Shown here: positions 1 to 9,283 of the stretch, piece after piece | Numbering within the stretch: the stretch's first letter is position 1 | Layout of the letters: each line of letters opens with the position of its first letter | From: Octopus sinensis | Taxonomy: Eukaryota | Reading direction: 5' to 3' | NCBI RefSeq assembly: GCF_006345805.1 | Contig: NW_021832067.1 | Location: forward strand, 1-33,727 | DNA: 33,727 nucleotides | Program-made: the position numbers and the translations under genes | Notes under the pieces: model-generated | Seen by the model: only the letters and a program-made list of their open reading frames with translations | Told to the model about the DNA's origin: nothing | Database searches by the model: none

Positions 1-43
1 ATTCTATTGGACAACAGTTTTCCGGTTCCGGGGTCGATTCCGG

Positions 44-240
44 CCACATGGTTCCGGGTTCAGTCCCACTGCGTGGCATCTTGGGCAAGTGTCTTCTGCT
101 ATATATATATGTGTATATGTGTGTGTTTGTGTTTGTGTTTGTGTGTTTGTCCCTCTAGCATTGCTTGACAACCGATGCTGGTGTGTTTACGTCCCCGTCA
201 CTTAGCGGTTCGGCAAAATAGACCGATAAAATAAGTACTA
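44..240 (+). mobile_element. tRNA-derived SINE, family B, partial
   Basis: B-box-like GGTTCAGTCC and CORE-like TTGGGCAAGTGTCTTC, internal (TA)/(TG) tract, then the family-B tail start GACAACCGATGCTGGTGTGTTTACGTCCCCG; same layout as 10749-11210. Confidence 0.85.
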
Positions 241-440
241 AAGTTTTCCGTTCGTATTGCCTCCATTCAAATTAAAAATTGTATCTACATACATATACAT
301 ACATACAGACATGGCCACAAATATACCTATACCTGGATACCACCGCCACCACCACCACCATTACAGGTTTTTGTCTAGCTTTTGAGTCAAGCCTTTGAGT
401 CCTTTCACCCGGTTTTCTCACTCAGCCATATAATTTTCGA

Positions 441-800
441 ATTTTGGCACAAGGCCAGCAATTTCGGGTTGCGGGGGATAAGTCGATTACATCGATCCCA
501 ATTCTCATAGAAACGTCACATACGGCACAGAATGTTTTCACCTCAATAGATGTCAATGATTGGTTGAAATTGCAAAAATCGAAGAAAAAAACAACAAATA
601 TCTTACAAACTATAGAATTTTCTTAGTAAAGCCAAGAGAAAATGATGTTTTATAAACACATTCTACCAGTATACGAGGTTTAAAATTAGAATTTTATCGA
701 CCTCGAAAGGATGAAAAGCAAAATCGACCCCGGCGGAATTTGAACTCAGAACGTAAAGACATACGAAATGCCGTCAATGCATTTTGCCCAACGTGTCACC
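441..800 (-). mobile_element. Family-A SINE (GGCACAAGGCC-type 3' end) interrupted by a MITE fragment
   Basis: Reverse tail GGCACAAGGCC...AAGTCGATTACATCGA at 446-497 and reverse head CGGCGGAATTTGAACTCAGAACG at ~730-755, separated by ~190 bp of foreign sequence. Confidence 0.75.
519..685 (+). mobile_element. Internal fragment of the MITE at 2225-2696
   Basis: Aligns by eye to 2469-2637 with about 8 substitutions and one indel; no TIRs. Confidence 0.85.
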
Positions 801-1123
801 CTATTACACTCGGACATATTGCCCTTGCCTTTCCTCTGACTCAGATAGATTCGAGCGAGAGAAGTCCCTCTCAATAATCATGCAGTAATCATGCTTGGCT
901 TAGATTACCATCATCTCATCTTTCACATTATCACGCGTTTCGTTTCTTTCGTTAATTATTCTAATTAAAATTTAGCGTAATTATTAACCTAGAGAGTCCA
1001 ACAGTTTTCTAGTAATCTTAATTGAATTCGTAATTCTCCAGCCAATTCTGCTGTTCTATGCTTGTGATGTTATTATAGGTCTCGTCATTTGTTTTGCTTT
1101 TTTTTTTGTTGTCTTTTGGTTAT

Positions 1124-1326
1124 TTACTCTTTTACTCTTTTACTTGTTTCAGTCATTTGACTGCGGCCATGCTGGAGCACCGCCTTTAATCGAGCAAATC
1201 GACCCCGGGACTTATTCTTTGTAAGCCCAGTACTTATTCTATCGGTCTCTTTTGCCGAACCGCTAAGTGACGGGGACGTAAACACACCAGCATCGGTTGT
1301 CAAGCGATGTTGGGAGGACAAACACA

Positions 1327-1359
<33 letters not shown>

Positions 1360-1673
1360 ACACACACACATATATATATATATATATTATAATATATGTA
1401 TATATATATATATATATAATATAATATATATATATATATATATATTATATAGTATTATAATTATATATATATATATATATATTTATATTATATAACATAT
1501 ATACAATATATATATATTATACGACAGGCTTCTTTCAGTTTCTGTCTACCAAATCCACTCACAAGGCTTTGGTCGGCCCGGGGCTATAGCAGAAGACACT
1601 TGCCCAAGATGCCACGCAGTGAGACTGAACCCGGAGCCATGTGGTTGGTTAGCAACCTACTTACCACACAGCC
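1124..1673 (-). mobile_element. Family-B SINE, near full length, with internal (CA)/(TA) microsatellite
   Basis: Reverse tail 1124-1325, microsatellite ~1325-1520, reverse head ending CTTACCACACAGCC. Confidence 0.9.
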
Positions 1674-1726
1674 GTTTTTGTTTATTCATTGTGCAACTTT
1701 ATCGTATTTATTTTTTATCTGTTATC

Positions 1727-2050
1727 TTCAGTTTGTTTCAGTCACTGGACTGCGGCCATGCTACAGCATTGCCTTGAAAGGATTTAGACGAACAAATTGG
1801 CCCCAGTATTTATGATCTGCATTTCTTTCTTCTTTTTTTTTTAAGTTTCGCACTCATTCTATCAGTCACTTTTATCGAACCACTAATTTACGGTAACAGA
1901 AACAAACCAACATCGGTTGTCGAAACAATCACATTCACAACGACACACACATATACCACGGGATTCCACATAGTTTCCCCTCTACCAAATTCATTCACAA
2001 GGCAGTGGTCGGCCAAGGACTATAACATAACAGACACTTGCCCAAGTAGT
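1727..2050 (-). mobile_element. Degenerate family-B SINE
   Basis: TTTCAGTCACTGGACTGCGGCCATGC tail and ...ACAAGGC...GGTCGGCC...GACACTTGCCCAAG head remnants. Confidence 0.7.
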
Positions 2051-2224
2051 CGCCATGGACCGGTGTAAAAATCTCAAGTTACCCCCATTTCAAGCAACCA
2101 CCCGGTAATCTGAAATCAATTTCAAATTACCCCGCGCTCTTCACATGACCCCCTCAATGATTTTGCTAAAATAATAAATTCTAAGACTTACTACTCCTCT
2201 TGTTTTTATAGCATTAAACACGAC

Positions 2225-2696
2225 TGGGATCTTTTCGGTTTGAACGGCAGTTTTTTCTAGCGGTGTCATATGAAATTGTCACCCATAATTATGACCCTAG
2301 TATCGATCTATTGCATTTCAATCTGTTTTCGGGTTAGGGTTAGAGTTAGGGTTAGTTAGGGTTAGTTAGGGTTAGGGTTAGGGTTAGGGTTAGGGGTGGG
2401 GGAAGGGTATCTTTTTTTCTTCAGAAATGTAAATAAACCCAATCTGTTTCTTAAACGAGGGACAAATTCATACGGTACAGAATGTTTTCACCTCAATAGA
2501 CGTCATTGATTGGTTGAAATTGCAAAAATCGAAGAAAAAAAAACAACAAATATCTTACAAACTATAGAATTTTCTCAGTAAAGACAAGAGAAAAAGATGT
2601 TTTATAAACACCTTCTACCAGTATAGGAGGTTTAAAAGTGTTTAGTTACGTGGAAATTATTTTTAAAAAACTGCCGTTCAAACCGAAAAGATCCCA
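2225..2696. mobile_element. MITE (~472 bp) with perfect 32-bp TIRs
   Basis: TGGGATCTTTTCGGTTTGAACGGCAGTTTTTT (2225-2256) is the exact reverse complement of 2665-2696; non-coding interior. Confidence 0.9.
2331..2394 (+). repeat. Interstitial telomere-like (TTAGGG)n tract inside the MITE
   Basis: About 10 GGGTTA units with TTAG/TTAGAG variants. Confidence 0.9.
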
Positions 2697-3601
2697 CGAT
2701 TGTAAACTAATCTTAAAATATGAAAATAAAACAAAAATATTAGATTTTTTTAAACACACTATTATGATGCGCTGGAAAAAAAAACCTGTCGAATATCAGA
2801 GATTCTGTGTTTGCAATTTTTTTTCAAATAAAAACATTTTTTTTTTTTTTTGATGAGAAAGTGATTTGGATTAGAGCACTTTTTTTCTATAGATATGTAA
2901 CAGACAGATGTTGTTTATAGTGGGCTGAGGTGAGTTGACGATAAGAGATTGATTTGTAACGATAAGAGATTGATTTGAAGAACGATATGTGTTTCATGTA
3001 CAAACCGAAATTTATTTAATTTAATTAGGAACGAAATGTATTTAAATTAGTAACAAAATGTATTTATATACATTAAAACATCACTGCAGTATTAATTGTT
3101 TTTATTAGTTTGGAGTTCGAGTATCTTGATTTTCGTAATTTGTTTTCCGTTTTTTACTTGTTGTTCGTTGTTCAATATATCGAGTGAGAATGGTAGCATT
3201 TATTTTATTTTCTAGTACTTTATTGTTATTTGAAAATCGATTGGTATTTTTGCCACAAACTTCTGCAAAAATGTAAGGACCTGTGCGGCGTTCCGTAAAA
3301 TGTCTTCCTTTTCTGTCCTCTTGAATTAGGGTTTTTGAGCAGAACTTTATTTCCAATACTGAACTACTGTTGCTAGTTGTTTTCTATCGTATTGTTCTTT
3401 TTGAACAATACCTTAGAGCTATTCTATATGCTAAAAGTAGCCATTCTGGGTATGCTTCTTTCAAATTTCTTCAGCTTAAAGCTCTGACTTTCTCTTTCAT
3501 ATACAAATGTGCATTACGCATACACACACTTAAACTTCAACATATACATTTAATAGGTTTTACCCATTATCTCCCTTGGTGCAAACTTGTATTATTAATT
3601 A

Positions 3602-3902
3602 TCACCGTGACCGTCACCGTGACCGACCAGGCTATCAGATGTTGCTACACATCGCTGGTCACAATGCGTTTCGCATTGTCTTAGCCTTCAAATGACGCCA
3701 GCCCGCTGGCTAAGCGAGCAGGCCAACAGAAGAAAGAGTGAGAGAAAGCTGTGGCAAAAGAGTACAGCTTGGATCGCCACCACCCCCTGCCGGAGCCTCG
3801 TGGAGCTTTAGGTGTTTTCGCTCAATAAACACTCACAACGCCCGGTCTGGGATTCGAAACCGCGAGTCCGCTGCTCTAACCACTGGGCCATTGCGCCTCC
3901 AC
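3602..3902 (-). mobile_element. tRNA(Arg-like)-derived SINE, family D, tail type 1
   Basis: Minus strand GTGGAGGCGCAATGGCCCAGTGGTTAGAGCAGCGGACTCGCGG...TTCGAATCCC (A/B boxes); short CACGGTGA repeat tail; 10-bp TSD ATTATTAATT at 3591-3600 and 3903-3912. Confidence 0.9.
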
Positions 3903-4250
3903 ATTATTAATTTACTTTGTGGTAATTATATTTTTAAGTTGCAGAAGAAAAATCATGACGATGATGATGATGATAATAATGATGCTCCTATTTTGCTACC
4001 ATGGAGACGAACATTTGGGGAGGTATTCTAGGTGGGGGTAATCTGAAATCGTAGAGAGTAACTTGAAATCGATTTCAAATTACTCCCGGGGATAATTTGA
4101 AGGCGATTTCAAGTTATTGGGGTGGGGCTGTAATCTGAATGGGAGGTAATCTGAAATCGCTATACTGGAACTGAACTTGAAACCACGTCGTTACAAAACG
4201 AACTTGTTAACCACATACCTACACTGGCGCCAATGTATTTTGTCACATTA

Positions 4251-4483
4251 AGGCAGCGAGCTGGCAGAAACGTTAGCACGCCGGGCGAAATGCGTAGCTG
4301 TATTTCGTCTGCCGTTACTTTCTGAGTTCAAACTCCGCCGAGGTCGACTTTGCCTTTCATCCTTTCGGGGTCGATAATTTAAGTACCAGTTACACACTGG
4401 GGTCGATATAATCGAATTAATCCGTTTGTCTGTCCTTGTTTGTCCCCTGTGTGTTTAGCCCCTTGTGGGTAGTAAAGAAATAG
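4251..4483 (+). mobile_element. Family-A SINE monomer with 16-bp TSD
   Basis: Head AGGCAGCGAGCTGGCAGAA, B box GAGTTCAAACTCC; TSD GTATTTTGTCACATTA at 4235-4250 and 4484-4499. Confidence 0.92.
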
Positions 4484-4890
4484 GTATTTTGTCACATTAT
4501 GCTTCTGTACATTCTTTCATAGTAATTGAATTTCTGTTGATCTACAGCCCTGCTATCATTGCTCCATTTCCAAAATTCTCTTCATTAATTATTTTGCTGC
4601 TGTTCCCAAAATCGTGACAACAAGAATTACTTTCAGATTTATGTCAACGAACCGTTTTCGCAGTTCCCGGACAATTCCTATTATTTTGCTTGTATTGTGA
4701 TTATTATATCGTATAATAACATTTCATGCAATATCCGTTCTCTAATGCAATTATATCTGTTTGCCATAATTCTGTTATTTGTATTCAGTCGGTGCAAACA
4801 AATCCCTCGGGGTTTCGCATCAGTCATTACTAATAGCTTCTGACTGAATTCAGATTTCCGATTCACTTTGAAGTGCATATGTTTCAGAAT

Positions 4891-5005
4891 GAAGGCGCGT
4901 AGCCAATTGGTTAAGGTATTCGGCTCTGATCATAGTGTCGTAGGTTCAATTTCTGGATTGGGAAGTGCATTGTTCCTTGAGCAAGGTACTTTATTTCATG
5001 TCCCT
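4891..5005 (+). mobile_element. Degenerate tRNA/CORE-type SINE head
   Basis: GAAGGCGCGTAGCCAATTGGTTAAGG...GGTTCAATT...TCCTTGAGCAAGGTACTTTATTTCA. Confidence 0.6.
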
Positions 5006-5094
5006 TGAGTCTATTTAGCTGATGTGAGCCGGGTGCTGATACGACTCTTTCTATCTCCGAAGCTCAGGCGAAAAGACGCTGAGAAGGAATGAAT

Positions 5095-5315
5095 GATTGA
5101 TTGATTGATTGATTGATTCTAGTTTCAGCTCACGAGCTGTGGCCATGCTGGGGCACCGCCATTTGGTGTTGCTAGATGGTTTTACTTCACGAATGCTTTT
5201 TAGCAATTGCCATTTGGTGCATGAGAGAGTTCGATGCAGCTGCCCTCATCTGCACCTCCTACCGTGAAGTTGGTTCATCTGGGATAGCTGACAAGAAGAG
5301 ATCCAGTTTCATTTT
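5095..5315 (-). mobile_element. 3' end of a CR1-group (CR1/L2/Crack/Daphne-like) LINE with (AATC)n tail
   Basis: Minus frame reads KMKLDLFLSAIPDEPTSR*EVQMRAAASNSLMHQMAIAKKHS* (terminal stop 5187-5189), resembling ORF2 C-termini LDxFLxxIPDxP...RAAxSNSL; then a short 3'UTR and (AATC)n. Confidence 0.7.
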
Positions 5316-5335
5316 AAAGACATTTGCTTATGTTT

Positions 5336-5482
5336 ACTGATTATCTTCAAAAGGGCCACACCGTCAATGGAGAGTACTATTCCAACTTGCTGAGGCAGTT
5401 ACGAAAGGCTATCAAGATCAAACTGTCAGGAAAACTGACAGAAAGAGTTTTGTTTCGTCAGGGCGATATTCCAACACGCAAC
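5336..5482 (+). pseudogene. Mariner transposase fragment, absent from the ORF track
   Basis: Reads TDYLQKGHTVNGEYYSNLLRQLRKAIKIKLSGKLTERVLFRQGDIPTRN, matching the mariner IDYLxKGxTI(N/T)GxYY...VLFHQDNAPAH segment; second catalytic Asp region decayed. Confidence 0.85.
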
Positions 5483-5553
5483 TGAGGACTAACTATACTT
5501 GTACTCTTTCCTACTGTATTCTTTAGGCGCCATCTTATTGTATTCACACCATA

Positions 5554-5722
5554 GGCGCAGGAGTGGCTGTGTAGTAAGTAGCTTGCTTACCAACCACATG
5601 GTTCCGGGTTCAGTCCGAAAGGACGAAAGGCAAAGTCGACCTCGGCGGAATTTGAAATCAGAACGTAACTGCAGATAAAATAGGGCTACACATTTCGCCC
5701 GGCGTGCTAACGTTTCTGCCAG
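5554..5722. mobile_element. Family-B head (+, 5554-5616) fused to family-A head (-, 5615-5722)
   Basis: GGCGCAGGAGTGGCTGTG...GGTTCAGTCC runs directly into CCGAAAGG...GTCGACCTCGGCGGAATTTGAA...GCTAACGTTTCTGCCAG. Confidence 0.85.
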
Positions 5723-5813
5723 ATGTTTCCAATCATCTGACAGCAAAATAGAAATCGATTCCTGCAATGGTGAGAATATTTTGCCCGTTTTGAACAAAGA
5801 TTTCCCAGAGCTT

Positions 5814-6155
5814 CTCACAACATCATAAGCGGAAAGTGTAATCTCTCGAAAGAGCTGTTCTTCACTCCTGCTTCAGAGCGTAGGCTGCGGGGTCACTCCG
5901 AAAAGCTCTATCTGCGACGATTTCATCTCGATCGAAGGAGAGGGGCTTTCTCCGTCCGGGTTGCGGATCCGTGGAATAAGCTGCCGGACGAGATAGTGAA
6001 GATGCCGACGACCGCTCGGTTCAAAGCCTCTCTTGATCAGAAATGGCCTGAACTCTTTGCATGAACACCCCTGTACATAACTCCATGTCCCCCTACATGG
6101 CCTTGCTTTTTTTCTTTTTAACCCAAAAAATTAACTTAACTTAACTTAACTTAAC
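5814..6155 (+). mobile_element. 5'-truncated CR1 LINE: ORF2 C-terminus, 3'UTR and (TTAAC)5 tail
   Basis: Stop-free frame 5816-6064: HNIISGKCNLSKELFFTPASERRLRGHSEKLYLRRFHLDRRRGAFSVRVADPWNKLPDEIVKMPTTARFKASLDQKWPELFA*, with CR1 hallmarks RGH..KL, FS.RV...WN.LP, FK..LD; tail 6131-6155. Confidence 0.92.
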
Positions 6156-6248
6156 ATTTCCGCTTTTATATCATCTTTTCCTGCAGCTTTCATCGCTCTT
6201 CATCAGCTTTAAACCATTCTCTATTTCACTGACCAGAACGGGTGGCTC
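6156..6248 (-). pseudogene. RTE-clade LINE ORF2 relic (EN-RT linker), split by the CR1 insertion
   Basis: Minus strand EPPVLVSEIENGLKLMKS/(frameshift)KAAGKDDIKAEML, continuing as KALG at ~5802-5813 on the other side of CR1; typical RTE motif is E..E...AI..MK.GKAAG.D.I.AE.LKALG. Confidence 0.75.
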
Positions 6249-6607
6249 TTGGGTTTTATTTTTATTTTAATTCAAGAATAACAAAACTAAGGATTTTTCA
6301 TCACTTTTTGTTGGTTGCGAATTGTTAAAATTTTCGTATTTGATTTTGTCTTCGGGCTTGCATTCTCTTTACCGACTTCTTTAAATGTCAATTCCTTGCA
6401 ATTTTTTCAATTCGTGTTATGCTTTCCCATCCAGCAGTGCTGAAGCCTGACAATTCCTTATTTATGCATGACCTTATATGGGAAAGTTCGAAATGTAATC
6501 ACAAGCGTCATCAAGTATTTTATTCCTAGTTGCTATTGTTACTAATAGTTCTCTTGCTAGATATCGACTCGCTGTGTTACTAATGTTTTGTCGGATAAGT
6601 TCATTTT

Positions 6608-6637
6608 ACAAACACACACACACACAGACACACACAC

Positions 6638-6685
<48 letters not shown>

Positions 6686-6916
6686 AATAAAACGTGAGGG
6701 ATCGATGCTGGATGTGTCAAACAATGTGATTAATTATGAATTCTCATATTGTCCATCTTCCGTCTTTCATTTGCCATTCATACATATATATAATATATAT
6801 ATATAATTTATATATATGTGTGTGTGTGTGATGTGTGTGGGTGTGTGTGTGTGTGTTGTGTGTGTGTGTGTGTATGGATGTATGTAAATGTATATTATAT
6901 ATATATATATATATAT

Positions 6917-6975
<59 letters not shown>

Positions 6976-7035
6976 TAGATATATATTATATATATATGCA
7001 TATTTGTGTATGGATGTATGTATACGTATATATAT
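6608..7035. repeat. Compound microsatellites (CA)n,(TA)n,(TG)n,(GATA)n
   Basis: Direct reading; a short unique spacer at ~6680-6785. Confidence 0.95.
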
Positions 7036-7337
7036 AATCAAAATAAGCAACAGGATATCACGTATTAATACAATACGACCGTTTCAAGCGGCTCCATTTA
7101 ATAGAACAATGCAGTCATTACAACACTTTAAATGCAGGGCTATCAGCTGCACAAATAAATAAATGTAATTTTAAAGCAGGACACATTAATATATTTTTTC
7201 TTAAATATTTTAACAGACTACCCTGTTACTTATTTCGATTTTATTGACCTTACCGAGCAGTGCTTGATAATACCGGATGACTAGGTAACTTTCACTTAAG
7301 TACCTAATTCAAGTGAATATTAAATTATATGTATATC

Positions 7338-7377
<40 letters not shown>

Positions 7378-7429
7378 GATATATATATATATATATAGGA
7401 TATCTGGGATATATATATTATGATCTTTT

Positions 7430-7620
7430 ATCGCTTGCTTGTTCAGCCAGTAGACTGCGGCCATACTGGAACACCACCTTGATGAATTTATAGTCGACTG
7501 TATCGACCGCCGTCAGTATTTTTTTGAAGCCTGGTGTTTATTTATTACTCTCTTTTGTCGGAGCTATAAACACACCAAACACCGGTTTGTAATGCGGGTG
7601 GAGGGGGACAAACATAGACA
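7430..7620 (-). mobile_element. Degenerate family-B SINE tail
   Basis: GACTGCGGCCATACTGGAACACCACC...ATCGACC...AAACACACCAAACACCGGTT. Confidence 0.65.
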
Positions 7621-7653
7621 CAATATATATAAATAACATATATATATAATATG

Positions 7654-7697
<44 letters not shown>

Positions 7698-7775
7698 TAT
7701 ATATAAGATATTTATAAAAATTTATGAATAATGAAAGAATGGAGTGAACGACAAATTAACAAAAATTTCCTTTAT

Positions 7776-7907
7776 TTTCGACATATGTTTCGAAGGCTGC
7801 ATATTCCTAATTGTGTTTCGGAAGGCTGCATATTCCTAATTGTGTTGTCGAAGGCTGCATATTCCTTCACAATTAGGAATATGCAGCTTCGAAACATATG
7901 TCGAAAA
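7776..7907. repeat. Inverted repeat with internal triplicated ~25-bp unit; Penelope-LTR-like
   Basis: TTTTCGACATATGTTTCGAAGGCTGCATATTCCTAATTGTG vs CACAATTAGGAATATGCAGCTTCGAAACATATGTCGAAAA; GAAGGCTGCATATTCCT occurs three times. Confidence 0.8.
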
Positions 7908-8184
7908 TTATCATGAAATTTTATAAAAATACACACAAATTTCCCAGGAAAAACGTAGGTCCTGCCCTAGGCACGTAACTTCAACTGTGTTATTCTGATG
8001 TGAATTTGCTACCCAGGTACGGTTAAACGAATATCCCATAAAAAGATATTTCCTTTTTCTACTCAAATTTTATCTATATATGTGTGTGTGTTATATATAT
8101 ATAAAAACATTCCTTTTATTGAAATAAAGTTTCCCTAAAATTAATAATAAATGTGAATGTCACTTTTTCAACTTTAATAAATCC

Positions 8185-8741
8185 TTTCAACTGGAAGCAC
8201 AAGGCGTCAAATTTGGGGAGAAGGGATTAAGTCGATTATATCGACCCCAGTACGTAACTCGTACTAATTTTATCGACTCCGAAAGGATGGAAGGCATAGT
8301 CGAACTCAAAACCTAACGACAGACGAAATACCTATTTCTTTATTACCCACAAGGGGCTAAACATAGAAAGGGGTAAACAAGGACAGACAAAACGGATTAG
8401 TTGATATATATCGACCCCGTGCGTAACTGGTACTTTTTAATCGACCCGAAAGGATTGAAAGGCAAGTCGACCTCGGCGGAATTTGAACTCAGAACGTAAC
8501 TGCAGACGAAATACCTATTTCTTATTACCCACAAGGGGCTAAACATAGAGGGACAAACACAGGACAGACATAGGTATTAAGTCGATTATATCGACCCCAG
8601 TGCTTAACTGGTACTTAATTTATCGACCCGAAAGGATGAAGCAAAGCACCCTCGGCGGAATTTGAACTCGGAACGTAACTGCAGACGAAATACCGCTAGC
8701 ATTCGCCCCGGCGTGCTGACGTTTCTGCCAGCTCGCCGCCT
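8185..8741 (-). mobile_element. Family-A SINE multimer: one head, three bodies
   Basis: Head ends GCTCGCCGCC at 8740; bodies are joined at ACGAAATACCTATTTCTT; terminal body has the GCACAAGGC-type tail. Confidence 0.85.
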
Positions 8742-9283
8742 AATATAATTTATATATAATATAATATAATATAATAATACTATAATATATATAATAAATA
8801 ATATAATATATATAATATAATATAATATATATAAATAATATAATATTAATATAATATAGTATAATATAATATAATATAATGATATATAATATTTAATAAA
8901 TATAATATAATTATAATTTGCATATAATATAATATAACTATAATATAATATAATATAATATAAGATATAATAATATAATATTAATATAATATAATATATA
9001 TAATATAATATAATATAATATAATATAATATAATATAATATAAATAATATAAATAATATAATATAATATAATATAAATAATATAATATAATAATATAATA
9101 TAATATAATATAATATAATATAATATAATATAATATAATATAATATAATATATATAATAATATAAATAATATAATATAATATAATATAATATAATATAAT
9201 ATAATATAATATAATATAATATAATATAATATTAAATAATATAATATAATATAATATAATATAATATATAACATAATATAATA
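8742..9283. repeat. (ATAAT)n pentanucleotide tract, ~540 bp
   Basis: Direct reading; source of the spurious ILYY ORF. Confidence 0.95.

Larger units (their letters stand above)
2060..4168. mobile_element. Putative old foldback/TIR DNA element; only the ends are recognised
   Basis: Left end CCGGTGTAAAAATCTCAAGTTACC vs reverse complement of right end CCAGTATAGCGATTTCAGATTACC (16/24); the motif GTAA(T/C)(C/T)TGAAATC is repeated at 2070-2130 and 4036-4160. Confidence 0.4.

Noticed and set aside
2331-2394. TTAGGG tract as a true telomere or fusion site
   Set aside because: It is short, degenerate, in a single orientation and enclosed by MITE TIRs.
4681-4878. 65-aa minus-strand ORF in non-repeat sequence
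   Set aside because: No motif, splice or homology support; its length is expected by chance.
6188-6212. CTGATGA...GAAAG on the minus strand resembling a hammerhead core
   Set aside because: No stem II or III forms, and the bases encode LMKS/KAAG of the RTE relic.
7067-7152. Hammerhead-like GTGCAG-CTGATAG...GAA-ACGGTCGT-A-TTGTAT (minus strand)
   Set aside because: The core is altered, stem II does not pair and stem I is mostly G-U; too weak to call, though it could be a further decayed copy.
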